A stretch of DNA of 64,000 nucleotides from Mobula hypostoma. Its lineage: Eukaryota. The stretch is from assembly GCF_963921235.1 (NCBI RefSeq), contig NC_086097.1:127226001-127290000 (forward strand), given 5' to 3'. Position 1 is the stretch's first letter; every line of letters starts with the position of its first letter. Under the pieces are notes generated by a model. That model worked only from the letters and a program-made list of their open reading frames with translations. It made no database searches and was not told the DNA's origin. Below are positions 26,099 through 38,945 of this stretch, piece by piece. The position numbers and the translations under genes are program-made.

Positions 26099-26787
26099 CA
26101 TTGGTTGTGGGAACATCTCAATAGATGAGTGTAGTTACCCTCTTTTGTGCAAGAGCCTGATTGTTGAGAGATAGTAACTGTTCTTCAACCTGGTGGTGTG
26201 AGTCCTGAGGCATCTGCACCTTCTACCTGGTGACAACAGTGAGAAAAGGACATGGCCTGGGTGGTGAGGATCTTTGATGATAGATGCTGCTTTCCTACAA
26301 TAGTGTTTCATGTACAGTAGATATGCTTAATGGTTGGGACGACTTTACCCATGACGTACTGGGTTTTCCACTACATTTTGTGGGATTTTCTGTTGAAAGG
26401 CATTGGTGTTCCAATACCAGGCTGTAATGAGCCAGTCAATACACTTTCCACTACACATTTATATAAGTTTGTCAAGGTTTTTTGATGACATGCCGAATTC
26501 CTGCAGCCCTCTAAGGAAGTAGAGGCATTGTTGTGCTTTCTTCGCAATTACATTTATACGATGAGTCCAGGACTGGTGCTCTGGGATGGTGACAACCAGG
26601 AATTTAAGCTACAGACCCTCTCCATGCCTGGTCCTCCAATGAGGACTGGCTCATGGACCTCTGGTTTCTCTCCCCTGACCTCTACAATCAGTTCCTTGGT
26701 CTTGCTGACATGGAGTAAGAGAACACAAGAACCTGATTCCAGCCAGTGTAGCTATCTGGGTCATTGAGACACACAAGCCTCCAAATG

Positions 26788-29300
26788 ATAGAAACATAGA
26801 AACATAGAAAATAGGTGCAGGAGTAGGCCATTCGGCCCTTCGAACCTGCACCGCCATTTATTATGATCATGGCTGATCATCCAACTCAGAACCCCGCCCC
26901 AGCCTTCCCTCCATACCCCCTGATCCCCGTAGCCACAAGGGCCATATCTAACTCCCTCTTAAATATAGCCAATGAACTGGCCTCAACTGCTTCCTGTGGC
27001 AGAGAATTCCACAGATTCACCACACTCTGTGTGAAGAAGTTTTTCCTAATCTCGGTCCTAAAAGGCTTCCCCTTTATCCTCAAACTGTGCCCCTTTGTTC
27101 TGGACTTCCCCAACATCGGGAACAATCTTCCTGCATCTAGCCTGTCTAATCCCTTTAGGATTTATACGTTTCAATCAGATCCCCCCCTCAATCTTCTAAA
27201 TTCCAACGAGTACAAGCCCAGTTCATCCAGTCTTTCTTCATATGAAAGTCCTGCCATCCCAGGAATCAATCTGGTGAACCTTCTTTGTACTCCCTCAATG
27301 GCAAGGATGTCTTTCCCAGATTAGGGAACCGAAACTGCACACAATACTCCAGGTGTGGTCTCACCAAGGCCTTGTACAACTGCAGTAGTACCTCCCTGCT
27401 CCTGTACTCGAATCCTCTCGCTATAAATGCCAGCATACCATTCGCCTTTTTCACCGCCTGCTGTAACTGCATGCCCACTTTCAATGACTGGTGTATAATG
27501 ACACCCAGGTCTCGTTGCACCTCCCCTTTTCCTAATTGGCCACCATTCAGATAATAATCTGTTTCCCTATTTTTGCCACCAAAGTGGATAACTTCACATT
27601 TATCCACATTAAATTGAATTTGCCCACTCACCCAACCTATCCAAGACCCTCTGCATCCTCTTAGCATCCTCCTCACAGCTAACACTGCCACCCAGCTTCG
27701 TGTCATCCGCAAACTTGGAGATGCTGCATTTAGTTCCCTCATCCAAGTCATTAATATATATTGTAAACAACTGGGGTCCCAGCACTGAGCCTTGCGGTAC
27801 CCCACTAGTCACTGCCTGCCATTCTGAAAAGGTCCCGTTTATTCCCACTCTTTGCTTCCTGTCTGCTAACCAATTCTCCACCCACACCAATACCTTACCC
27901 CCAATACCGTGTGCTTTAAGTTTGCACACTAATCTCCTGTGTGGGACCTTGTCAAAAGCCTTTTGAAAATCCAAATATACCACATCCACTGGTTCTCCCC
28001 TATCCACTCTACTAGTTACATCCTCAAAAAATTCTATGAGATTCGTCAGACATGATTTTCCTTTCACAAATCCATGCTGACTTTGTCCGATCATCTCACC
28101 GCTTTCCAAATGTGCTGTTATCACATCCTTGATAACTGACTCCAGCAGTTTCCCCACCACCGACATTAGGCTAACCGGTCTATAATTCCCTGGTTTCTCT
28201 CTCCCTCCTTTTTTAAAAAGTGGAGTTACATTAGCCACCCTCCAATCCTCAGGAACTAGTCCAGAATCTAACGAGTTTTGAAAAATTATCACTAATGCAT
28301 CCGCTATTTCTTGGGCTACTTCCTTAAGCACTCTAGGATGCAGACCATCTGGCCCTGGGGATTTATCTGCCTTCAATCCCTTCAATTTACCTAACACCAC
28401 TTCCCTACTAACATGTATTTCGCTCAGTTCCTCCATCTCACTGGACCCTCTGTCCCCTACTATTTCTGGAAGATTATTTATGTCCTCCTTAGTGAAGACA
28501 GAACCAAAGTAATTATTCAATTGGTCTGCCATGTCCTTGCTCCCCATAATCAATTCACCTGTTTCTGTCTGTAGGGGACCTACATTTGTCTTTACCAGTC
28601 TTTTCCTTTTTACATATCTATAAAAGCTTCTACAGTCCGTTTTTATGTTCCCTGCCAGTTTTCTCTCATAATCTTTTTTCCCCTTCCTAATTAAGCCCTT
28701 TGTCCTCCTCTGCTGAAATCTGAATTTCTCCCAGTCCTCAGGTGAGCCATTTTCTCTGGCTAATTTGTATGCTTCTTCTTTGGAATTGATACTATCCCTA
28801 ATTTTTCTTGTCAGCCACGGGTGCACTACCTTCCTTGATTTATTCTTTTGCCAAACTGGGATGAACAGTTGTTGTAGTTCATCCATGCAACCTTTAAATG
28901 CTTGCCATTGCATATCCACCGTCAATCCTTTAAGTGTCATTTGCCAGTCTATCTTAGCTAATTCATGTCTCATACCTTCAAAGTTACCCCTCTTTAAGTT
29001 CAGAACCTTTGTTTCTGAATTAACTATGTCACTCTCCATCTTAATGAAGAATTCCACCATATTATGGTCACTCTTACCCAAGGGGCCTCTCACGACAAGA
29101 TTGCTAATTAACCCTTCCTCATTGCTCAAAACCCAGTCCCGAATAGCCTGCTCTCTAGTTGATTCCTCGACATGTTGGTTCAAAAAACCATCCCGCATAC
29201 GTTCCAAGAAATCCTCTTCCTCAGCACCTTTACCAATTTGGTTCACCCAATCTACATGTAGATTGAAGTCACCATTATAACTGCTGTTCCTCTATTGCAC
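26788..29300 (-). mobile_element. Young CR1 LINE, 5'-truncated (end of AP endonuclease, RT and 3' UTR)
   Basis: ORF 27609..29246 has [47 protein letters not shown] and KFADDTKLG. The C-terminus continues in shifted frames (LVRPHLEYCVQF). Tail (TTCTATGT)n at 26788-26810. Confidence 0.95.
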
Positions 29301-29438
29301 AACCTTACGACAAGGTTGTGGTCCTCTTGGATGTCCTCCTGCTTTGAGTTTGCAAAGTTTGCATTCCATCTGCCACTGTTGCAGCTATGGCACAGGAATC
29401 CTGCAGTTTCACTATTCATTTTACCAGTCAATGCCCAA

Positions 29439-30657
29439 TTGAGGATGTGACTAAACTCATTGATGAAGGAAGAGCAGTAGATGTAGTGTATATGGATTTC
29501 AGCAAGACATTTGATAAGGTACCCCATGCAAGGCTTATTGAGAAAGTAAGGAGGCATGGGATCCAAGGGGACATTGCTTTGTGGATGCAGAACTGGCTTG
29601 CCCACAGAGGGCAAAGAGTGGTTGTAGATGCGTCATATTCTGCATGGAGGTCGGTGACCAGTGGTGTGCCTCAGGGATCTGTTCTGGGACCCTTACTCTT
29701 CATGATTTTTATAAATGATCTAGATGAGGAAGTGGAGGGATGGGTTAGTAAGTTTGCTGATGACACAAAGGTTGGGGGTGTTGTGGATAGTGTGGAGGGC
29801 TGTCAGAGGTTACAGTGGGACATTGATAGGATGCAAAACTGGGCTGAGAAGTGGCAGATGGAGTTCAACCCAGATAAATGTGAAGTGGTTCATTTTGGTA
29901 GGTCAAGTATGATGGCAGAATATAGTATTAATGGTAAGACTCTTGGCAGTGTGGAGGATCAGAGGGATCTTGGGGTCTGAGTCCAAAGGACGCTCAAAGC
30001 AGCTGTGCAGGTTGACTCTGTGGTTAAGAAGGGGTACGGTGTATTAGCCTTCATCAATCGTGGAACTGAATTTAGGAGCCGAGAGGTAATGTTGCAGCTA
30101 TACAGGACCCTGGTCAGACCCCACTTGGAGTACTGTGCTCAGTTCTGGTCACCTCACTATAGGAAGGATGTGGAAACTATAGAAAAGGTGCAGAGGAGAT
30201 TTACAAGAATGTTGCCTGAATTGGGGAGCATTCCTTATGACAACAGGTTGAGTGAACTTGGCCTTTTCTCCTTGGAGCAACGGAGGATGAGAGGTGACCT
30301 GATAGAGGTGTATAAGATGATGAGAGTCATTGATTGTGTGAATAGTCAGAGGCTTTTTCCCAGGACTGAAATGGTTGCCACAAGAGGACACAGATTTAAG
30401 GTGCTGGGGAGTAGGTACAGAGGAGATGTCAGGGGTACGTTTTTTACTCAGAGTGGTGAGTGCCTGGAATGGGCTGCTGGCAACGGTGGTGGAGGTGGAT
30501 CCGATAGGGTCTTTTAAGAGACTTCTGGATAGGTGCATGGAGCTTAGAAAAATAGAGGGCTATGGGTAAGCCTAGTAATTTCTAAGGTAGGGACATGTTC
30601 GGCACAGCTTTGTGGACCAAAGAGCCTGTATTGTGCTGTAGGTTTTCTATGTTTCTA
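29439..30657 (+). mobile_element. CR1 LINE 3' portion, second subfamily
   Basis: [48 protein letters not shown]. Tail ttctatgtttcta. A shorter copy of the same 3' end lies at ~31432-31700. Confidence 0.93.
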
Positions 30658-33600
30658 TTAGACCATCCAGCCCCTTAACTCTCTTCTGCCAATTGATCAT
30701 ATCCACTTCACTTCCTGAATACCTTGAAATATATCAGATGATGCAATTTTTCACAAACGGCTAGAAGTTTATCCGCATTTGAAATTTTTGTTCCATTGAC
30801 TTCAATGAAACCAATTTTAAACACGAGGTCTGGCAGAGGATTGGATTGGGCCATTAAATAGAAATAGATTTCCTGTTTGTGCCTGGTATTTCTCAAAAGA
30901 GCTTTGCTGAGGCCTTGGGTGCTGAAAACTCGTGTATGTCTTAAAAATTTAGTCATCAGCTTGCATCTCAACATCTACCTTTTGACGTACACACATTTAA
31001 CTCCCTAATGTGTCCCAATGCAGGACCTCCATCAGAAATTCATACTGCCTGATCCACTGAGTTCCTGCAGCTTGTTGTGATTTTGCTCCAGATTCCAGCA
31101 TCTGCATTCCCTTACCTTCATTCTGACTTCAGGCACCCTTTGAAATTGAGAAGGGCAAAATATGAATAGAGTCCTGTAACGAAACAAAGGTGTCTGCCCC
31201 ACAATCTTTGTGGGATTACTGAAATGCAGGCCTTTCTTTTCCACTCTCCCTGCTCCTGTAACCTAATCTTGCATGCTGCCTGTGCAGAGTTTGCACGTTC
31301 ATTGTGACCATATGATGCCCCAGTTTCCTCCTGATTAGCTTCCAAGAGAATTGAGGTGATTTGGATGAAATTTGATGAAAATGAAACAAAAACAGGGAAT
31401 GTTGAAAAGATTTGGCAGGTCAGGCAATGACTAGTGCTTGGAAGTAGGTACAAGGGAGATATCAGAGGTAATTTTTTCCACACAGAGAGTGGTGGGTGTG
31501 TGGAATGCACTGCCGGCGACATTGGTAGAGATGGATGCAATAGGGTCTCTTAAGAGACTTGATAGGTACATGGAGCTTAGAAAAATAGAGGGCTATGTGG
31601 TAGGGGAGTTCTAGGCAGTTTCTAGAGTAGGTTACATGGTCGGCACAGCATTGTGAGCCGAAGGGCCTATAATGTTCCGTAAATTTATATGTTCTAGGTT
31701 CTGTCCATACATCCAAAATTTTGATTGTTTCTATTTCTACAGATACTGTTGACTCAAGTTTTGTCAGCATTTTCAGTTTTTGTTTCAGATTTCTGGCATC
31801 GGCAGTTTTTTTTATTTGATTTCCAGTACAAAGGGATTTGTTCTGTTGGTCAGCATGGACTTGATGGGCCGAAGGATCTATTCCCCTGCAGTATGATTCT
31901 GTACTTTAAGTTGTGACCAGGTGCTATAATGGGTTGAAATGCTGGAATGCTGCTCCCGCTGACAATCAGACTTGTCCTGATCAGCCTGTATGTGTATTGT
32001 TCGTGAGTGTATGGCGTCATGGAAGAAATGAGTTCACGAATCCAAAGCCCACCAGTCACTGGTTGCACAGAAGCCAACTGTAAGGAGTTTGTATGCTCTT
32101 CCCCATGGCCACGTAGGTTTCTCTGGGTGCTCCAGTTTCCTCCCACAGTCCAAAGACGACAGGTTGGTCAGTTAATAGTTGTCCTGTGATGAGTCTCAGA
32201 TTAAATCGGGGGTTTGCTGGGTGGCGTGGCTCAAAGGGCGAGAAGGGCCTACTCTGAACTGTATCTCAATAAATAAATAAACAAAGTAAGTGTTTGTGGT
32301 GCTGCATACTGTGTATCTGCACAATTTGCAGGCTCTTCCCTGATTCCCAATCCCTGGAAGCCAACTCGAGTCCTCGTTAGGGTTTCTGACCTGTCTTGTC
32401 TCCTGTGGGGCTCATGATCTTTGTCCGAACTCACTAACCCACTAGGCAGCATGGCCCAAGCTCTTGGATCACTGTCTACCGTGGAGCCCCTCCAATCTCT
32501 AACTAAACGAATGGGTACATGTATAGGAAAGGATTAAAGGGATATGGGTCAAGTACAGGCAAATGAGACTAGGTCAGGGTGGCTTAGGTCCTGTTTCTAT
32601 GCTCTATGACTTTTAAATTGATCTCACTTTGGCCCTCGAACTGTCTGCCTGCCTTTCCACAGTTGCAATATGGAGAGGAAATATCAATAAACTAATAATT
32701 CAGACTGGGTAAATAAACCTTTTAGTAGGAAGGATATTTGCTGCGGTCTTTGTAACACAATTCCTGATTATTTTGAGGTGGGATGAAAATCAGCAAGACA
32801 ATTTGGTTTGCTTGCTCCTTTGCTAAGAAGGTTATGGACCAGGATTTTGGTAAATGGGGTGAAAGTGGATGGACAATTGACAGTCAGAATTGGAAAAGTT
32901 GACTGGGAAGATGGTTTCTGTGCTGCATAACTATGCAGTGAGTGATTTTTTTTGGTTTAGTGTCATGGCTGTGCAGCTGTTAATAAAAGCAGTGAAGATT
33001 GCTCTGTGCCACGTTCTATCCCCATTGTACTCTCCTCAGCTTCATGTCCCATGGGCATGTCCCTTTGGTACCTCTTTCCCACACGCTAGCCTCCACTAGC
33101 TGGAATCCCCGTTACTGGATTCCTGGAGATCCCAGGATGGACTAAAAACCTTCCAGTAAAGTGAAGCCATTTAGTTCTGAATTTCCTGGAAAAATTCTGA
33201 ACAGAAAATGCGTCCAAATCAAATGTTAACAATTAAGAGCGCAAGTTTCCTGTGGAACTTGTGAGAATGGGATTTATTTTATTTGGAGATACAGTGTGGA
33301 ACAGGTCCTTCTAGTCCTAAAGCCCACGTATTTCAACACTAGCCTAATTGCAGGACAAGTACACTGACCAATTAGCATGCTAACCAGTGTGCCTTTGAAA
33401 TGCGTGAGGAAACGAACCACCCAGAGGAAACACACACAGTTCACGGGGAGAGTGTACTAACTCCTACAGGCAGTGCTGGAATTGAACTTCGAACTCTGGA
33501 ACTAATAGCATCAATGAACCGCTGGAAGATCAGATGGAAAATTGTAACCCACGACAATGAATGTGTTTTTCATTCAACTGCTATCTACCAAAGGAATTGA

Positions 33601-34005
33601 CCGCCATTGTGCAACCTTCTGAAAATCAATTGTTGGATGCTATGCTCTGGGTAAATTGGAGCCAAAAGCCCAACGCCATATTGGTCTTATCTTACAGTCA
33701 CTGTGTTTTTGCCTGTAGCTTTCGGACAAGGAAGAGGAGTAGTAGGCCATTAATGGGCGTTCTAGCTGAGGCAGTGCTGCTGCTTTTGAAAGATCAGCCC
33801 CTGGTTTTTGGCCCAGACTGAACCATCAGCTTAATTTACTGCTTCATGAAATAAAGCAAAGCAGTCAAACAGCAGAATCGTAATCCATCACAAGGAGAAT
33901 TTAAACGCAAACAACAGGAATTCTGCAGATGCTGGAAATTCAAGCAACATACATCAAAGTTGCTGGTGAACGCAGCAGGCCAAGCAGCATCTATAGGAAG
34001 AGGCG

Positions 34006-34047
34006 CAGTCGACGTTTCAGGCCGAGACCCTTCGTCAGGACTAACTG
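34006..34047 (-). ncRNA. Minimal type I hammerhead ribozyme motif in the inverted PLE arm
   Basis: Reverse complement reads cagttagtc-CTGACGA-agggtctcggcct-GAAA-cg-TC-gactg. Confidence 0.85.
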
Positions 34048-34520
34048 GAGGAAGAGTGAGTAAGGGATTTGAAAGCTGGAGGGGGAGGGGGAGATGCAAA
34101 ATGATAGGAGAAGACAGGAGGGGGAGGGATAGAGCCGAGAGCTGGACAGGTGATAGGCAAAAGGGGATACGAGAGGATCATGGGACAGGAGGTCCGGGGA
34201 GAAAGACGGGGGGGGGGACCCAGAGGATGGGCAAGGGGTATATTCAGAGGGACAGAGGGAGAAAAAGGAGAGTGAGAGAAAGAATGTGTGTATAAAAATA
34301 AGTAACAGATGGAGTACGAGGGGGAGGTGGGGCATTAGCGGAAGTTAGAGAAGTCGATGTTCATGCCATCAGGTTGGAGGCTACCCAGACGGAATATAAG
34401 GTGTTGTTCCTCCAACCTGAGTGTGGCTTCATCTTTACAGTAGAGGAGGCCGTGGATAGACATGTCAGAATGGGAATGGGATGTGGAATTAAAATGTGTG
34501 GCCACTGGGAGATCCTGCTT

Positions 34521-36608
34521 TTCCGTGTTCGCCACGATGCGGAACTTTTCTTCCGCTGTCTCCGTCTCCGAGCCTACTTCTTCGGCAAGGACTCTTCCAC
34601 CCCCACCGATGACCCCTTCTCCCGTCTTCAACCCTCCTCTTCTTCATGGACACCCCGCTCTGGTCTTCTGCCTGCTCTGGATCTCTTTATTGCCAACTGC
34701 CGACGGGACATCAACCGTCTCGACTTCACCGCACCTTGTTCCCATTCCAACCTCACTCCTTCGGAACGCTCTGCTCTCCACTCCCTCCGCACTAATCCTA
34801 ACCTTATTATTAAACCCGCTGATAAAGGGGGTGCTGTTGTAGTCTGGCGTACTGACCTCTACCTTGCCGAGGCACAGCGACAACTCGCGGATACCTCCTC
34901 TTATTTACCCCTCGATCGTGACCCCACTAAGGAGCACCAGGCCATTGTCTCCCACACTATCAACGACTTTATCCGCTCAGGGGATCTCCCATCCACTGCT
35001 ACCAACCTTATAGTTCCCACACCCCGCACTTCCCGTTTCTACCTCCTACCCAAGATCCACAAACCTGCCTGTCCTGGCCGACCTATTGTCTCAGCTTGCT
35101 CCTGCCCCACCGAACTCGTTTCTGCATACCTCGACACTGTTTTATCACCCCTTGTTCAATCCCTTCCGACCTATGTTCGTGACACTTCTCACGCTCTTAA
35201 ACTTTTCGATGATTTTAAGTTCCCTGGCCCCCACCGCTTTATTTTCACCATGGATGTCCAGTCCTTATATACTTCCATCCCCCATCAGGAAGGTCTCAAA
35301 GCTCTATGCTTTTTGGATTCCAGACCTAATCAGTTCCCCTCTACCACCACTCTGCTCCGTCTAGCGGAATTAGTCCTTACTCTTAATAATTTCTCCTTTT
35401 GCTCCTCCCATTTCCTCCAAACTAAAGGTGTAGCTATGGGCACCCGTATGGGTCCTAGCTATGCCTGCCTTTTTGTTGGGTTTGTGGAACAATCTATGTT
35501 CCGTGCCTATTCTGGTATCTGTCCCCCACTTTTCCTTCGCTATATCGACGACTGCATTGGCGCTGCTTCCTGCACGCATGCAGAACTCGTTGACTTTATT
35601 AACTTTGCCTCCAACTTTCAGCCTGCCCTCAAGTTTACCTGGTCTATTTCCGACACCTCCCTCCCCTTTCTAGATCTTTCTGTCTCTGTCTCTGGAGACA
35701 GCTTATCCACTGATATCTACTATAAGCCTACTGACTCTCACAGCTATCTGGACTATTCCTCTTCTCACCCTGTCTCTTGCAAAAACGCCATCCCCTTCTC
35801 GCAATTCCTCCGTCTCCGCCGCATCTGCTCTCAGGATGAGGCTTTTCATTCTAGGACGAGGGAGATGTCTTCATTTTTTAAAGAAAGGGGCTTCCCTTCC
35901 TCCACTATCAACTCTGCTCTTAAACGCATCTCCTCCATTTCACGTACATCTGCTCTCACTCCATCCTCCCACCACCCCACTAGGAATAGGGTTCCCCTGG
36001 TCCTCACCTACCACCCCACCAGCCTCATGGTCCAACATATTATTCTCTGTAACTTCCGCCACCTCCAACGGGATCCCACCACTAAGCACATCTTTCCCTC
36101 CCCCCCTCTCTCTGCATTCCGCAGGGATCGCTCCCTACACAACTCCCTTGTCCATTCGTCCCCCCCATCCCTCCCCACTGATCTCCCTCCTGGCACTTAT
36201 CCGTGTAAGCGGAACAAGTGCTACACATGCTCTTACGCTTCCTCCCTTACCACCATTCAGGGCCCCAAACAGTCCTTCCAGGTGAGGCATCACTTCACCT
36301 GTGAGTCGACTGGGGTGATATACTGCGTCCGGTGCTCCCGATGTGGCCTTTTATATATTGGTGAGACCCGACGCAGACTGGGAGACCACTTTGCTGAACA
36401 TCTACGCTCTGTCCGCCAGAGAAAGCAGGATCTCCCAGTGGCCACACATTTTAATTCCACATCCCATTCCCATTCTGACATGTCTATCCACGGCCTCCTC
36501 TACTGTAAAGATGAAGCCACACTCAGGTTGGAGGAACAACACCTTATATTCCGTCTGGGTAGCCTCCAACCTGATGGCATGAACATTGACTTCTCTAACT
36601 TCCGCTAG
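34521..36608 (+). CDS. Penelope-like reverse transcriptase plus GIY-YIG endonuclease; open frame, N-terminally truncated
   Basis: Part of ORF 34374..36608. RT motifs PADKGGAVVVW, FTMDVQSLYTSIP, GVAMGTRMGPSYA and LRYIDD; Cys-rich linker CKRNKCYTC; endonuclease GVIYCVRCSRCGLLYIGET. The first 49 aa of the listed ORF come from the inverted arm and are not native. Confidence 0.93.
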   Translation, partial: FRVRHDAELFFRCLRLRAYFFGKDSSTPTDDPFSRLQPSSSSWTPRSGLLPALDLFIANCRRDINRLDFTAPCSHSNLTPSERSALHSLRTNPNLIIKPADKGGAVVVWRTDLYLAEAQRQLADTSSYLPLDRDPTKEHQAIVSHTINDFIRSGDLPSTATNLIVPTPRTSRFYLLPKIHKPACPGRPIVSACSCPTELVSAYLDTVLSPLVQSLPTYVRDTSHALKLFDDFKFPGPHRFIFTMDVQSLYTSIPHQEGLKALCFLDSRPNQFPSTTTLLRLAELVLTLNNFSFCSSHFLQTKGVAMGTRMGPSYACLFVGFVEQSMFRAYSGICPPLFLRYIDDCIGAASCTHAELVDFINFASNFQPALKFTWSISDTSLPFLDLSVSVSGDSLSTDIYYKPTDSHSYLDYSSSHPVSCKNAIPFSQFLRLRRICSQDEAFHSRTREMSSFFKERGFPSSTINSALKRISSISRTSALTPSSHHPTRNRVPLVLTYHPTSLMVQHIILCNFRHLQRDPTTKHIFPSPPLSAFRRDRSLHNSLVHSSPPSLPTDLPPGTYPCKRNKCYTCSYASSLTTIQGPKQSFQVRHHFTCESTGVIYCVRCSRCGLLYIGETRRRLGDHFAEHLRSVRQRKQDLPVATHFNSTSHSHSDMSIHGLLYCKDEATLRLEEQHLIFRLGSLQPDGMNIDFSNFR

Positions 36609-36900
36609 GCCCCACCTCCCCCTCGTACCCCAGCTGTTACTCATTTTTATGCACACATTCTTTCTCTCACTCTCCTTTTTCTCCCTCTGTCCCTCTGAAT
36701 ATACCTCTTGCCCATCCTCTGGGTCACCCCCCCCCCCCCCGTCTTTCTCCCTAGGCCTCCTGTCCCATGATCCTCTCGTATCCCCTTTTGCCTATCACCT
36801 GTCCAACTCTCGGCTCTATCCCTCCCCCTCCTGTCTTCTCCTATCATTTTGCATCTCCCCCTCCCCCTCCAGCTTTCAAATCCCTTACTCACTCTTCCTT

Positions 36901-36942
36901 CAGTTAGTCCTGATGAAGGGTCTCGGCCTGAAACGTCGACTG
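36901..36942 (+). ncRNA. Minimal type I hammerhead ribozyme motif in the PLE 3' repeat
   Basis: cagttagtc-CTGATGA-agggtctcggcct-GAAA-cg-TC-gactg. Conserved core, short stem II, stem I (t)agtc/gact(g), and helix III reduced to the palindrome ACGT. Predicted cleavage after GUC at 36937. Confidence 0.85.
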
Positions 36943-37561
36943 CGCCTCTTCCTATAGTATGCTGCTTGGCCTGCTGCGTTCACCAGCAACTTTGATGTAT
37001 GTTACAAGGAGAATTTATCGCATTTCATCATCTGACCTCCAGGCTTACTGATCTCGTGTAAAATTGGAAACTGTTTCATGGGTACTGTATGACTTGCAGC
37101 TAATCACTGAAATGACCAGTGGCCTTGGTACCTTGATTACATTATGTGCTAACAGCCTCATTTTAACCCCCACAGAATCTATGTTGACCGCCAACTATCC
37201 ACTTACATTAATCCTGCACGAGCGCCATTGAATTCTCCACATACCCATCAATGCCCCACAGATTCTACCACTCACCTCTATATATCTGGGGCAATTTGCA
37301 GCAGTCACTGATAATTTACTGACCCACATGCCTTTGAAATGTGGGAGGAAACAGGAGCATCTGGAGGAAACCCATGTGCTCACAGGGATTTTACAGTACT
37401 ATAATGAAAGGTACCATATCAAGTGATCTTTGTGTATTTTCCAACTTGCAGAACTGTCAACTTAAGGATGCCTTTGAAAACACAACCAGTTTGTTACCCT
37501 GTATATGAAGCCATCAAACTGTTGTTTAAAAACCTGACTCTGTCTTTAATGTCTTCTAGGG

Positions 37562-37760
37562 CAGGGGTCCCCAACCTTTTGCGCACCGCGGACTGGTTTA
37601 ATATTGATGATATTCTTGCGGACCAGCCAACAGGGGGGTGGGGGTGTTCAAGTTCAACAGTGCATGACAGGGAACGAGGAGAGGTGTAGCTGACTCATAT
37701 CGTTTCATATCGCCAAACATATTGTTTCTGCGCATGCTCGCGGCCCAGTGGGGACCACTG
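37562..37760. mobile_element. hAT-type MITE
   Basis: CAGGGGTCCCC...GGGGACCACTG termini. 8-bp TSD ttctaggg (37554-37561) / ttccaggg (37761-37768). Confidence 0.8.
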
Positions 37761-38160
37761 TTCCAGGGGCATTAGTGGAATCTGCTCATCCCTAGTGGCC
37801 TCTGCTTGACTCTAACATGGATGTTAGGGTTTCCTGCTAGCAGATGGTTGTGTACAACTGGAGCAGGAGGGAGAATATATTTTCACAGTGAGAATTTTGT
37901 CCTTTTTCTTTGAAGGGGATTCATTTGTACAGAGTGAATACGTATTTGAGACCATGGATGAAAATGCATAAAGTGGAATCCTCATTTGTTCAGAAGTCTG
38001 TTTATCATACAGTTAGAGCATGAATTCCTTGCTTTTTATGTTGTTTAATTCTTAGTCCCTTTTCTGTTTGTTTCCAGCATTTGGCAAAATCAGCCATTTA
38101 TAAAAAGTGATGAGGTACTAACTTGGAAATTGCTGAAATTAAGTTGGTAATGTTGGTGTT

Positions 38161-38945
38161 TAGTGGATTCCAGTTAATTGGGACACATCGGGAGTAGTGT
38201 GTTTTGGCCCAATTTAGCTGCTGCCCAAATTAGCTGAAGTTTCATGGAAATAGCTGGAAGTTATAAAAAGGGTAAAGTACCATTTAACTAAGTAACAAAT
38301 TGTGTATTTAAATGAAATACAGAACAAATCAGAACACTACCAATGGTACTACAGTACTATAAAACTGTATTAATTCCTAATAGTTATGGACAGAGGAATT
38401 CATCCAGTGTATGCTGTCGTGTTTGTTTAATTGACTGCAATTGAACAAAATCAGCGCGGGCACCTGGTGCAGGTAATGACTTGGAGATGTGCTAAAAGGC
38501 CAGGAGCGAAAAGGAAACAATTTCACTCCTTCAGCAAGTTAGGAACTACGAAGATCTAGAAGGTATCAGCAATCATTTTGAAATGTTACAATGAAAATTA
38601 AGATTTGATGGATGCAATCTTTGAAAGCATTGTATGAAGACGGCCCATTATCTGCACTAGGTGTCTGCGCTGATTTTGTTCATTTATAAATCAAAAGAAC
38701 ACAACAGTGTACACTGAATTCCTCCATCAATAACTACTAAAAACTAATGCACGGTTTTATCGTACTATAGTACCATTGGAAGTGTTCTAATCTTCTGTAT
38801 TTCATTTAAGTACATAATTTTACTCAGTTTGACCTTTTTATACCTTTTTTAACTATTTCCACGAAGCTTCAGCTAATTGGGTCTGCCACTTAATTCGAAC
38901 AAAATGTACTGACCCCAAAGTGTCCCAATTAACCGGAATCCACTG
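38161..38945. mobile_element. Fold-back Tigger/pogo-like non-autonomous transposon with ~300-bp imperfect inverted arms
   Basis: Ends agtggattccagttaattgggacac and gtgtcccaattaaccggaatccactg|ta. Inverted similarity continues inward (aaatgaaatacagaa / ttctgtatttcattt; ccaatggtacta / tagtaccattgg). Confidence 0.85.

Larger units (their letters stand above)
33904..37003 (+). mobile_element. Young Penelope-like retroelement (probably Neptune type), 5'-truncated, with an inverted copy of its 3' end placed upstream
   Basis: Perfect 14-bp direct repeat ACAAGGAGAATTTA at 33890-33903 and 37004-37017. 33946-34521 is the near-identical reverse complement of 36422-37003. An RT+GIY-YIG ORF lies inside. 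Confidence 0.95.

Noticed and set aside
26788..30657. Divergent CR1 pair as one twin-primed (inverted) insertion
   Set aside because: Both parts contain the same RT region with clearly different sequences, each has its own 3' tail, and ~140 bp of unrelated DNA separates them. These are two independent insertions.
34374..34520. N-terminal 49 aa of the 744-aa ORF as a novel domain fused to RT
   Set aside because: It is the antisense reading of the inverted 3' arm; the same peptide appears in ORF 36402..36656 (-). It is in frame by chance.
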